In this document: positions 22,581-40,500 of the stretch, piece by piece
Numbering within the stretch: position 1 is the first letter of the stretch
Layout of the letters: every line of letters begins with the position of its first letter
Source of the DNA: the human T2T-CHM13v2.0 reference genome, Homo sapiens
Strand: one strand, 5' to 3'
NCBI RefSeq assembly: GCF_009914755.1
Contig: NC_060926.1
Length of the DNA: 64,000 nt
Position numbers and translations under genes: made by a program
The notes under the pieces: model-generated
Told to the model about the DNA's origin: nothing
The model's database searches: none
Seen by the model: the letters and a program-made list of their open reading frames with translations, nothing else

Positions 22581-23192
22581 TTTTTATAATTTCAATAAGT
22601 TTTTGGGGAACAAGTGGTGTTTGGTTCCATGAATAAGTTCTTTAGTGATGATTTCTGAGATTTTGGTGCACCTATCACCTGACCAGTGCACACTGTACCA
22701 AATATGTAGTCTTTTATCCCTCACCTCCCTCTCACTCTTTTCCCCAAGTCCCCAAAGTCCATTGTATCATTCTTATGCCTTTGTGTCCTCATAGCTTAGC
22801 TCCCGCTTTTTTTTTTTTTTTTTTTGAGACAAAGTCTCATTTGCTCTGTCACCCAGGCTGGAGTGCGGTGGTGCGATCTTGGCTCACTGCAACCCCCTCT
22901 CCCAAGTTCAAGTGATTCTCCTCCCTCAGCCTCCTGAGTAGCTGGGATTACAGGTGAGCACCACAAGCCCAGCTAATTTTTGTATTTTTAGTAGAGATGA
23001 GGTTTCACCATGTTGGCCAGACTGGTCTCAAACACCTGGCCTCAAGTGATCCGCCTACCTTAACCTCCCAAAGTGCTGAGATTACAGGCATAAGCCACTG
23101 CACCCGGTCGCTTAGCTCCCACTTGCAAGTGAGAACATAATGACATTTGGTTTTCTATTCCTGTGTTACTTCACTTAGAATAATGGTCTCCA
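22581..23192 (-). mobile_element. L1PB-type 3' end (interrupted by an Alu at ~22807-23109)
   Basis: Reverse complement ggagaccattattctaagtgaagtaac...ggtgcaccaaaatctcagaaatcatcactaaagaacttattc...gttccccaaaaac; Alu TSD gcttagctccc. Confidence 0.85.
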
Positions 23193-23223
23193 AATGCAAA
23201 CTTTTTTTTTTTCTTTTTTCTGA

Positions 23224-24434
<1,211 letters not shown>

Positions 24435-24509
24435 CGAGCTCATTAAGCTTCTTTGATCAAAGGGTTTGTTTTTATCTAATTTGGAATTTTTCAGCCATTA
24501 TTTCTTTAA

Positions 24510-24764
<255 letters not shown>

Positions 24765-26335
24765 TGATCCACCCGCCTTGGCCTCTCCCAAAGTGCTGGG
24801 ATTACAGGCATGAATGAGCCACAGCGCCCGACCTCTTCAAGTATTTTTTCTATCTCCCATCCTCTCCTTCAGGGAATTTAATTACACATATATTAGCCTC
24901 CCTGATACTGTGTTATGGTTTCCCTGATACTCTTTATTTTTCTCTTTCAGTAATTTTTCTGTTTTTCATTTTTCTATTATTATTATCTTTTGAGATGGAA
25001 TCTCGCTCTGTCGCACTCAGGCTGGAGTGCAATGTCACAATCTTGGCTCACTGCAACCTCCACCTCTCAGGTTCAAGTGATTCTCCTGCCAGCCTCCCGA
25101 GTAGCTGGGTTTACAGGCGCCCACCACCACGCTAGGCTAATTTTTGTATTTTTAGTAGAGATGGGGTTTTGCCATGTTGGCCAGGCTGGTCTCAAACTCC
25201 TGACCTCAAGTGATCTGCCCACCTCAGCTTCTCAAAGTGCTGGGGTTACAGGCATGAGCCACCATGCAAGGCCTCTGTATTTCATTTTAGATAATTTATA
25301 TTGTGTGTCTTCATGTTCACTAATCTTTTCTTCAGTATCTAATCTGCTTTTAACCTCATGCAATGTATTCTTCACCTCAGACATTGTAGTTTGCATCTAG
25401 AAGTTTTTTTGTGTGTGTTTTTTGGTGGTTGTTTGTTTTGTAGAGATGAATGTCTTGCTATGTTGCCCAGGCTGGTCTTGAACTCCTGGCCTCAAGTGAT
25501 TCCTGTCTTAGCCTCCCAAAGTGCTGGGGTTATGGGCATGAGCCACCACATCTGGCCCATCTAGAGCTTTTTTTCTTTTTTAGAGACAGTGTCTCGCTCT
25601 GTCACCCAGGCTGGAGTGGTGCAACGGCACAATCATAGCTTACTGTAGCCTTGAATTCTTGGCCTCAAGGAGTCCTTCTGTTTCAACCTCTTGAATAGCT
25701 GAGAGTGTGTGCCACCGTGCCCAGTTAATTTTTTTATTTTGTAAAGATGAGATATCTGTTTATTGCCTGGGTTGATCTCAAACTCCTGGCCTCAAGCGAT
25801 GCTCCCACCTTGGCCTCTCAAAGTGCTGGGATTACAGGTGTGAGCCACTGCATCTGGCCCCATCTATAGTTTTAATACGAGTCTTTATATCTTCCATGTC
25901 TCAACTTAACATGCTCAGTCTTTCCTCTATCTTATTGAAATATGGCTATAGAATCTGTTTTAGTATCCCTATCTACTAATTATTTTGCTTGTTTGTTTTA
26001 CCTCACCTCAAAAGCCAAGGCAAATATACTAATTCTATTACCTATGGCATTTCTGGGTGTAATTCTATTGATTGATTGATTGTTATTGTCCTCATATGAG
26101 TGATCTTTTCCTGGTTCTTTGCTCTTTTGTATTTTTTTTTAAGATATGGAGTCTTGCTACTTGCCCAGGCTAGAATGCAGGTAGACATTTTGTCTACATG
26201 GTTTTTCAGTTGTTTCAGGCAGGAGGATACACCAGTCCCTGTTACTCCAGCTTGCCAGAGCAGAACATGTAAATTCAACAGAACCACAGATGGTTGTGTA
26301 TACTGCATTTAGGCTTTTCCACATTCTTAGATTTA

Positions 26336-26563
<228 letters not shown>

Positions 26564-27524
26564 CTAGGTGGCAGTGAGCCATGATCATGCTACTACACTC
26601 TAGCCTGAGCAACAGTGGGAGCCCCTGTCTCAAAAAACAAACAAACAAACAAAATAGATTAATCAAGGGGATAAAAATAAAAAGTAAAAAAAATTCATAT
26701 GCAGTCACACAGGAGGTGCAAAGCACCTCCCTGATAAATGTCTTCCAAGTGGAATGTATCTTTGTTTTTATCAAACATCAGGGAATGTATTTTTCTCTGG
26801 ATATGGTGTTTTTGACTAATATTTGCACAGAAATTGTTCATATTTCTGCCCCCCCAAAAAAACCTCAAGATAAGATTTTTAAGGAAAATTATGTGCATGA
26901 AAAGTCTTACATTGTATCCCAAATACAATTGGGGGAATACAGAATCATGTGTAGATATTTTTCCAACTTTTTATTTTCAAACCTGAAAACCAGGCCGGGT
27001 GTGGTGGCTCACGCCTATAATCCCAGAACTTTGGGAAGCCTAGGTGAGTAGATCACATGAGGCCAGGAGTTCGAGACCAGCCTGGCCAACATGGCAAAAT
27101 CTTGTCTTTACTAAAAATACAAAAATTAGCTGGGCATGGTAGCACACACCTGTAGTCCCAGCTACTCGGAAGGCTGAGGCATGAGAATTGCTTGAACCCG
27201 GGAGATGGAGGTTGCAGTCAGCTGAGATCGTGCCAATGCATTGCAACCTGGGTGACAGAGAGAGACTTTGTCTCAAACAAAACAAAACCTGAAAACCAGA
27301 AAATTTAAAGAATACACATATACCCTTTACCTACAGACACCAATTGTTAACATTTAGCCACATTTACTTTATCTCTCTCTCTAGACACACACATACACAC
27401 ACACTTTGCTGAATCATTGACAGTAATGTGCAGACATCATGATACTTTACCCCTAGATTCTTCAGTGTGTGTTTTCTATGAACAAAGACATTCTCCTACA
27501 TGATCACAATATCACTATCATACC

Positions 27525-27882
27525 TGCAATAGACTGAATGTTTCCCCCTGAAACTCATATGTTGAAACCTAATCCCCAGTGTGATGGCATTTGGAGGTGA
27601 GGCCTTTGGGAGATGAAAAGGTCATGAGGGTGGAACCCTCATGAATGGGATTAGTGCCCTTATAAAAGAGATCATAGAGAGCTCCCTTGCCCCTTCTACC
27701 ATATGAGGGCACAGTGAGAAGATGACCACATCTATAAGCCAGAAGGCAGGCCCTCACCAGACTCTGAATCTGCCAGTGATCTTGGATTTCCCAGCTCCAG
27801 AAGTGTTAGAAATAAATTTCTGTTGTTTATAAGCTACCTAGTCTATGGTATTTTATCATATCAGCCCAAATGAATTAAGACA
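27525..27882 (+). mobile_element. MaLR solo LTR (MLT1A-type)
   Basis: TG...CA termini, 5-bp TSD ATACC at 27520 and 27883, internal AATAAA and MLT1A motifs. Confidence 0.85.
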
Positions 27883-27964
27883 ATACCCATGAAATTTAAC
27901 ATACACAATAGTGTCTAATGTACAGGCTATACCAAAATTTCCATTTCCCTGTAACTGACATTTA

Positions 27965-28427
<463 letters not shown>

Positions 28428-30534
28428 TTATACAAGAAGGTATTATCTCTATTATCTCATTTATTCCTTAAACAAGAAGGTATTCACTATCTCTATTATA
28501 AGAAAAATTAGGTTCAGAGAGATTCATTAACTTGGCTACAGTCACACAGATATTTATTAAGTCTCAGAGTCAAAATTTGAACTCAGATCTCTGACTTCAC
28601 AGCCCATGTTCTTTCTGCTACGCCACACTGTCTACTGTATCAAATCTATATTACTTTTTTTTTTTTTTTCTGAGACAGGGACTCACTCTGTCTTTCAGGC
28701 TGGAGTGTAGTGGTGCAATCACAGCTCACTGTAGCCTCGACCTTCCAAGCTCAGGCCATCTTCCCAGCTCAGCCTCTTGAGTAGCTGGGACGACAGGCTC
28801 ATGCCACTATGCCCAGCAAATCTATATTACTCTGACTAATGGAGATCGCAAGGCTTTTGTTTTATCTAAATGAGACCTCCATTTATTACTTACACAGTGA
28901 TTAATAAGCATACAAGTTTTAGTGTTTTCTCTGTTAATTCTTAGTAGTCTACATTCTAGGATCTCTTTGAGGGCACAGCTAGTTTTGTTCTTAGAGACAC
29001 CCTCAGCACCTAGAATGATGCCAGACACTTAGTGGGTATTCAGTGAATGTCTACTGGATAAATGCATGAATTAGACTAAGTACACATAGACTCAAAATAA
29101 ATATACAAAGTATGTTTTCAAGCTGATTTTCTAACCCAGCAAGGGCTGTAAACATTCATTGTAAGAAGTTGATCAAACAGGAATTTACTCTGCTGCACTT
29201 TTTTTTTTTTTCTGAGACAGGGTCTCATTGTGTTGCCCAGGCAGGAGTGCAGTGGTGCAATCATGGCTCACCACAGCCCCAACCTCCCAGGCGGGCTCAG
29301 GTGATCCTCCCACCTCAGCCTCCCAAGTAGCTGGAACCACACGCTCAAGCCACCACATCTGGCTAATTTTTGTAATTTTTGTAGAGACAAAGTCTCACCA
29401 TTTTGCCCAGGCTATTCTGCTGCATTTTTAACATTTTCAACAATAATTCCTTCATTTAGACCACCATCTCCTCTCACTCAATCTTACCATTACACCTTTG
29501 CTCAATTTTCAGACCCAGCATTAATCTCAAATCCTCCTTCTGCAATTCCAGCTTGAAATCTTCCTTTTGTTCTCATCTTTAACCTATAAGCAACATTTTT
29601 ATTATACATTATATTTTACATTGTTCTTATTGCAGAATTTATCATTATTATGCATAAATAATAATCAAAGGCAATATTTTCCCAGTTATTTGGTATCATT
29701 TAAGTGAATCTTCCAGATTACTCAACTCTATAAGAATTAAACCTTTTAAAACATTTGCATCATCTTTCACAAAAAGCCTTCTAAAATGCATTAAATATTT
29801 TTCTCCCTCTTAAAACAGCATGAACAGAACATTCTTTAACCTTTTTCTGACTCAAGCTCTGACCGAAAGCATCTGTTACTGCACTGGTCCATGGCAGAGA
29901 GATGCCATGACAGAAAATGATTTTTCTGTCACTTTCATCACATATTATTTTGCTTCATTCATCACCAGCTGCCACTTCTTATTCCTGATCCAGCTCTGGA
30001 AGCTCCTAATTCTCAGCTCATTATAACGTAGGAAACCAGCCAAATGAACTTGTTAACATTTGTGATGAAAATAACTAGACCCCAAGGATCTTACAAACAA
30101 ACTGAGTTAGTTTAGTGACACCTTTTTTGTACACTCAAATGCCTTTTTTTTTTTTTTTTGAGATGGAGTCTTGCTCTTGTTGCCCAGGCTAGATTGCAAT
30201 GGCGCGATCTTGGCTCACTGAAATCTCTGCCTCCTGGGTTCAAGCGATTTTCCTGCCTCAGCCTCCCGAGTAGCAGGGATTAAAGGCACATGCCACCATG
30301 CCTGGCTAATTTTTTATATTTTTAGTAGAGAAAGGGGTTCACCATGCTGGCCAGGCTGGTCTCGAACTCCCAACCTTAGGTGATCTGCCTGTCTCAGCCT
30401 CCCAAAGTGCTGTGATTACAGGCGCCTCTTTTCCTTAATAATCCCTAATTCTTGGCTAGGTTGTTGGGTAAAAGTTATTTCCTGATAAACAAGGCGTTAC
30501 CTTATATATATTATCAATAAAATTATATGTATAA

Positions 30535-30850
<316 letters not shown>

Positions 30851-31042
30851 TGACCTGAAGTGATCCGTCTGCCTTGGCCTCCCATAGTGCTGGGATTACA
30901 GTTGTGAGCCACTGTGCCTGGCCTCTATTTCTTTTATGTAGTACCTGGCACATAGTAGGAGCTCAAAAATGTTTGCCAATGAATGGATATTATAGCGTAG
31001 CCTTCTGGTGTGACAGAAATTATTTTTAAAATTTATTTGCTA

Positions 31043-31321
<279 letters not shown>

Positions 31322-31349
31322 TCACCTGAGGTCAGGAGTTCCAAGATCA

Positions 31350-31544
<195 letters not shown>

Positions 31545-32384
31545 TCAAAAATAAATAAGTAATACAAATAAAATAAAATAAAATCAATTATTTGCTCACT
31601 TGCACTTAACCATGGGGGAAAACTTTTGGGAAAAGGTGAAATGGAAGTTGTCAATATAACTTCTAAGCTCCAAGTGTAGGACCTTTCCTTTTTCCTTCCA
31701 CTATATTCCCAGAGGCTAAATCAATGCCTGGTACATAGTGTTTAATTTATTTAGCACCTACTATATGCCAGGCATATTATTCAGAGACAGGGTCTCACTC
31801 TGTTACCTAGGCTGGAGTGCAGTAGTGCAATCAAGCTTACTGCAGCCTTGAACTCCTGGGCTCAAGCAATATGCTCACCTTGGCCTCCTGAGCAGCTGGG
31901 ACTACAAGTGTGCGCTACCCCCACTGAGCTGATTTTTAAAAATTATTTTTGTGGAGACAGGGTCTCATTATGTTGCCCAGACTGGTCTTGACCTCTTGGC
32001 CTCAAGTGTTCCTCCCACCTCAGCCTCCCAAAGTGCTGGGATTACAGGCGTGAGCCACCTTGCCTGGCCATGCCAGGCATATTCCAAATATTAATTTGTG
32101 TAATAATTCTATGAGGTTGGGACTATTACTGTCATTCCCTTTTTACAGGTGAGAAAATTGAGGCACAAAGAGGAAACTTACCCAGAAGTTCACACTGCTA
32201 GTGAGAGGCAAAGCTGGAATGCAAACCCAGAACTAGTTCCAGAGGCAGTACTATTAATCCTTATGTAATAGTGCCAGATATATTTCTGGAAATGACTTAG
32301 TTAACTACTAATTTCTGCACCTTGCTTTGCTTGTAAAGGCTGTTGCTACAAATCTACAGTTGACTACTTCTATAGAAACCCAGC

Positions 32385-32800
32385 TGTCTTAGTCTGTTTT
32401 GTATTGCTATAAAAGAATAACTGAGACTGGGTAGTTTATAAAGAAAAGAGGTTTATTTAACTCATGGTTCTGCAGGCTGTACAAGAAGCATGGCACTGGC
32501 ATCTGCTTGACTTCTGGTGAAAGCTTCAGGTTGCTTCCACCCATGGTGGAAGGCAAAAGGCTTCTCTCATGGTGAGAGAAGAAGAAACAGTGAAAAAGGG
32601 GAAAGTGCCAGGCTCTGTTTAACAACCAGCTCTTGTGGGAATTAATAGAAGAAAAACTCCCTCACCACTAAGGGAAGGCATTAATCTATTCATGAGGTAT
32701 CTACCCCCATGACCCAAATACCTTCCATGAGGCCCACCTCCAACATGGGGATCAAATTTCAACATGAGGTTTAGAGGGGACAAATATCCAAACCATAGCA
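32385..32800 (-). mobile_element. MaLR solo LTR (MSTB-type)
   Basis: tgtcttagtc...aaaccatagca termini; 5-bp TSD CCAGC at 32380 and 32801. Confidence 0.85.
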
Positions 32801-32933
32801 CCAGCATATTAGAATTGTGTTTATTTATTCTTCTCAAGAATGTATTTTTTTTTTATCGAGACCATCCTGGCCAACATGGTGAAACCCTGTCTCTACTAAA
32901 AATACAAAAATTATGGCTGGGCGCGGTGGCTCA

Positions 32934-33390
<457 letters not shown>

Positions 33391-33976
33391 TTAAACTAAA
33401 TTTATTTATATATATTTTTTGAGACGGGGTTTCACTCTGTCATCCAAGCTGGAGTACAGTGCTGTGCTCATGGTTTACTGCAACCTCAACCTGCCTGGCT
33501 CAAGTGATCCTCCCACTTCAGCCTCTTGAGTAGCTGGGACCACATGTATGCATCACTACACCTGGCTAATTTTTTAATTTTTTGTAGAGACAGGCTCTCC
33601 CTGTATTGCCCAGGCTGATCTTGAACACCTGGGTTCAAGTGTTCCTTCTGCCTTGGCTTCCCAAAGTGCTGGGTTTATAGGCATGAGCTACCATACCCAG
33701 CCAAGAATATATTCTCCCAGAATGTCAGAGGAGTTGAGGCAGGATGTGTGGCTAAGAGAGTAGATATAAAGTCATTGCTGTGGCTATTAATTCTCCATTC
33801 CCAAGTCACCCACTGTGATATAAGGAAAAGCATTAGATAAATTCTTGGCATCCTGTCCTAGTCCTGTCACTAGCTAGTTGTGAGATGTCTCAATTTATTA
33901 ACTCACTTTAAGCCTCAGATTCTTCATCTGAAAATTGGGTTGTGGTTGACGGAGTGAGAAAATGTTTGGATTAGAT

Positions 33977-34154
33977 CAGTTGTTCTGAATCTTAACTGTA
34001 CATTGAAATCACACGGGGAGCTTTAAAAACTACCAATCCCTGGGTCTCACTCTCAGAGATTTTGATACAATTAGTCTGGAATGGTACCTGGCCACTGAGG
34101 TTTTTGCAGCTCCTTGGGGACAGTCTAATGTGCAGCCAAGGTTTACAACCAGTG
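33977..34154. mobile_element. MER5-family hAT-Charlie DNA transposon fossil
   Basis: cagttgttct...caaccagtg termini with a MER5-like core (aatcacacggggagctttaaaaa; ctaatgtgcagccaagg). Confidence 0.7.
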
Positions 34155-34397
34155 AATTTGATGAAAACGTGAACATTTGTTGCTACTTTGTTAAGTGTGG
34201 AAACAGAAAGTCAGAGAGGCTTAAGCAATACTGCCCTTGGACCCAGGCACTGGGGGTCCTGTTGTGGGCCCTGATTTAGAAGGGCCTTGCTCCGGCTCTT
34301 CTTGGGCTGTGCCCTTCCCTCAGGTGAGGAGAATCATCAGAGGTGGGAGGAGTCTGCAAGGTCAAGAGGACATGCCCACACCGAGACCCTCTGTTTA

Positions 34398-34817
<420 letters not shown>

Positions 34818-35455
34818 CTATGCTGCAAGTATGCACATCCCTAAGCCCAAGGGGTGGCTGATTTTAAGAGGATGTAAATGGAAAGTGGACTGCAGGTGGG
34901 AGTGTCAACATAGGTGTATACAGTCATTCTTTGAGGGCTGCTGAAGCCAAAGGATAAGGATGGCACAGGGGTAGGGGGTTAAATGCCTGCCCCTACTGGT
35001 TTGCCAAATGGGATGACAACATGGGCTTCCAATGTGAGCCAGAAAAAGCCCTCAGGGAACGACATATGGATATGCTGGGTTAGAAGTCATACTGGTGTGT
35101 GTTGAAGTGGTAAGAATCAGTGGGCATGCAAGGTGGGCCTGGGGTAAGTCCACTATGATGGTTCTACTGACAACCAGAAATGGCTTTCACTTGGGATAGG
35201 GTGGGTTGGAGGTGGTGATGGAGGTGCTAAGCTAGGTGTTCTTGAATAGTAGTTTCCAAATTAAGGACAGGTGCTGATCTGTAATAAAATTTTCTTGGTG
35301 TACTAAAAAGATAAGAAAGGCCAAGAGCAGCAGTGGTCATGCCTGTAATCCCAGTGCTTTGGAAGACCTAGGCAGGAAGATCACTTGAGGCAAGTTCAAA
35401 ACCAGCCTGGGCAACATAGCAAGACTCCCTGCCACCCACGACCCCCGCTTCTACT

Positions 35456-35457
<2 letters not shown>

Positions 35458-35520
<63 letters not shown>
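35458..35520. repeat. (TA)n plus poly-T microsatellite at an Alu tail
   Basis: Directly visible. Confidence 0.95.
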
Positions 35521-35521
<1 letters not shown>

Positions 35522-37225
35522 AGATGGAGTCTTACTCTGTCTCCCAGGCTAGAGTGCACTGGCATAATCTAGGCTCACTGCAACCTCCGCCTCCCGGGTT
35601 CAAGCAATTCTCTGCCTTAGCCTCCTGAGTAGCTGGGATTACAGGCGCCCGCCATCACACCCAGTTAATTTTTTGTATTTTTAGTAGAGATGGGGTTTCA
35701 CTATCTGGGCCAGGCTGGTCTTGAACTCCTGACCTCGTGATCCACCCGCCTCAGCCTCCCAAAGTGCTGGGATTACAGGCATAAGCCATTGCGCCGGGCC
35801 ACAAATTTTTTTTTAAAGAATTAGCTGGGCATGGTGGCACCTGTAGTGGCACACCTAGCATGGTGGCATGCTAGGACCTGTAGTCCTAGCTACTCAGGAG
35901 GCTGAGGCAGAAGGATCACTTGAACCTGGGAGGTTAAGGCTGCAGTGAGCTGTGATCGGGTCACTGCACTCCAGCCTGGAGTGAGACCCTGTCTCAAAAA
36001 CAAACAAAAAACCAAACTTGGATAACTGACAGAGTTTAGGATAGAATTACATGGAAAAACCAACAAAACAAGACAATTATTAACTCCAGAAAAAACTAAA
36101 AGTTGTGTGGGAAAGGAAAAGTAATCATAGTTTGGTACATAACTTGGCTGTGACTACCGTTTACATGATTATAATAGCATATATACTGAAGATTAATCAA
36201 ACAGAATATAACTATCTTGGGAAGATGGAGAGATTAAAAAAAAAGGTTGGGGGTGAATATGGGGTGAAAGTGATGGAGAAAAAGAGCTGAAGTCTCCTCT
36301 GGTGTCTCAGCACTCCACCCAAGGTAGAGCCTCTGGATGGAAGAAGGAATCTCCCACCTCTCCACCACACTCCCCCAGGATTTACCTTCAGCATCAGGTA
36401 GCTAGGGGCAAGATGAGAAATGCTGATATGCTGGTCTCTGACTGGGAGCTGTGGGAAGAGAGAGGTTCTGAGTTGCAGCAGTCTGGAGTGGAGTCTCTTG
36501 CTGAACAAAGGGAGAGGTTTGGTTTAAATACCACAGACTGACTCTCACATTCTGATCCAAGAGTTTTCATAGATTTTTTGGAACAGATGTTTCTTCATTT
36601 GCTGTTTGCCCTTAGGACCATTTCAAAGGCTTTAAATGGTTAATGGTTGTTTGTTGTTTTAAATAATTTTCAGTTTCACTAGGGGTGAATCCCGAGCTCT
36701 TCATGCCGTCCTGCTGTTAGTCTCTCTTGGTATTATTCTTCACCTTTCCTGTGAGTTTAAAATTATCTCAAGAAAAGTTAAAGCTCTTTAAGAATCACAA
36801 TAAAGTAGTTATTAGGAATAAATAAAAACGTAGAGGGGCGCGGTGGCTCACGCCTGTGATCCCAGCACTTTGGGAGGCCGAGGCGGGCAAGGATCACTTG
36901 AGGCCAGCAGTTGGAGACCAGCCTTGCCAACATGGTGAAACCCCATCTCTACTAAAAATACAAAAAAAAAAAAAAATTAGTCGGGCATGGTGGCTTGCAC
37001 CTGTGGTCCCCGCTACTTGGGAGGCTGAGGGCTGGATGGTTTGAGAGCGGGAAATCCAGGCTGCAGTGAGCTGTGATGGCGCCACTGCCTTCTAGCCTGG
37101 GCGACAGCGCGAGACCCTGTCTCAAGAAGGAAAACAAAAAAAAACAAACAAAAACATACACACAAAAAACCACAAAGTGTGTTCACGTTTGCTATGACTC
37201 CCAGACAACAATTGTAAACACTCGC

Positions 37226-38600
<1,375 letters not shown>

Positions 38601-39216
38601 TCCAGAGCAGTTTAATGTCTATTTTGCCCAAGTGCAAGGAAAGCTTGCCTTGGGAAAGCTGGGAATGCTTGGCTAATGAAAAGTTTTTAGAGCCTTTTAA
38701 AATGAACCTGTTTCTGCCACTTTTCCACCGCCTCAAAACGACTGGGAAATGTAAACTGGCTTCAAGATGTTCTTGCTTGAGGGTGTCTGGATTTGGACAG
38801 AAGGCCATGTTCTTTTAATATTAACAGTGGCACGCAGTAGAACAAAGGCCACTGAAATTCAGAATCAGTTTTTGGCTCCACGGGCAGGAAGTAAATTCAA
38901 GGACGCCAGAGGTCTTGCGAATATTTTAATTGGTTGACATTTGAAATTTGTTCTTAAGCAATGAGGGGTGAAACCAGTAGGGGGATAGCGTATAGCATAA
39001 GTAAAGCTTTTTGGACATCAACAAACTGCGATAATCTACAACAGACAGCGGGCTCTGGAAGGTTTGACCTGCTTTAGAGAGAGATTTCCGATAAGAGGAA
39101 CGGAGTTTTTGGCACTTTTCGGTTTGGTGATTCCCCTAAATAACCTTACAAAAGTTTCGTTGAACAAAAAACCTGGCTGGAGCTCCAAGATCTTTTTTTT
39201 TTTTTTTTTTTTTTGA

Positions 39217-39375
<159 letters not shown>

Positions 39376-39699
39376 TAATAGAGACGGGGTTTCTCCATGT
39401 TGGTCAGTCTGGTCTCGAACTCCTGACCTTAGGTGATCCGCCCGCCTCGGCATCCCAAAGTGCTGGGATTACAGGCGTGAGCCACCATGCCCGGCCCAAC
39501 TCCAAGATCTAAACAAAAAAGACTGGGTTGAAAGGGAGTTTTTAATGTTTACTGTTTGCTTTACATCCATTTTCTTGTTTTGTTAATACTTGCTTTACTT
39601 AAGCTTTTGGGTCAAATGTCCTCGTTAAAATGGCTTTCTCTAGCGACTTTATGTTTTACGTTTCTGTTTGTAACTGACATTTGACCTTCTTTTAACACG

Positions 39700-40500
39700 G
39701 TATTACTTGCTTCCTTATACCGGTTTCCAAGGTGAAGCCATTTGCAGGGTCGCTGGGTTTCCCCCTCCCCCCGAAAGTCTTGCGCGACCCGGGGTGGGCC
39801 GGATAGTGTGCAGTTTTTTGAGCCTTGGGCTGGGGACCTCCAGGAAGCTGAAGCGGAAATTGCCTAGGCCCCTGGGGCATTGGAGGTCCTACCGCAGCTC
39901 CTAGTAGGTGGTGGGGGCGCAGCGGCTGTCCCCACTCAGTCCTGGTGGGGTCGCACGTAACGGTCCTGAGCTATGCATAAGCCGTTTGACCACGCATGGA
40001 GAATTTTACCACCCAGAGACACGCGAGTGGCCCTGTGCAAGTTTCAACTGCGCGGGGGGCGGGGAATTCCGCAGACAGGATTCTAGAATTTATGTCTTGT
40101 GTGGTAACATTTCAGCCGGTGGGTGGCGGGGATTAGGCGTGAAGCGGTTCAGCAGGCAGAGGTTCTCGGACGCCCTCCGGCGAAGCCACCTGTTGATGCT
40201 TTTGACTTTCTGTCCTTGTTCCTCGTCCCATCTGGAGCATTTCCAATTCTGGTTTTGCGGAGCAGCAGGTCTGAGCTTGTCCGGCGAGGGTGGGAGTTGG
40301 TCCCGGCGGAGATCCAGTGGGAAGAGCCGGCGGCTGCCCGGGCGTGAGTAGACCGAGAATCCTGCCCGATCCCCGCCCCTGGGCTGGTGTCGCCCTGGGC
40401 TCCTGGGACGTCGGGGCACTGTCCCCCGATACTGGCAGAAAAGGATTGAGTCCTCGCTTTTGGCCCTAGGTCTCCTTGAGCCTCCAGAGGACTCACAACA
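39700..40500 (+). promoter_or_regulatory. CFLAR: Second CpG-rich CFLAR promoter with alternative first exon ending at 40343
   Basis: CpG-rich; GC box adjacent to a consensus kB site GGGGAATTCC at 40061-40070; donor ggc|GTGAGT at 40344. Confidence 0.7.

Noticed and set aside
26581-27051. 156-aa ORF
   Set aside because: Begins and ends in Alus and spans low-complexity AT-rich sequence; no homology recognised.
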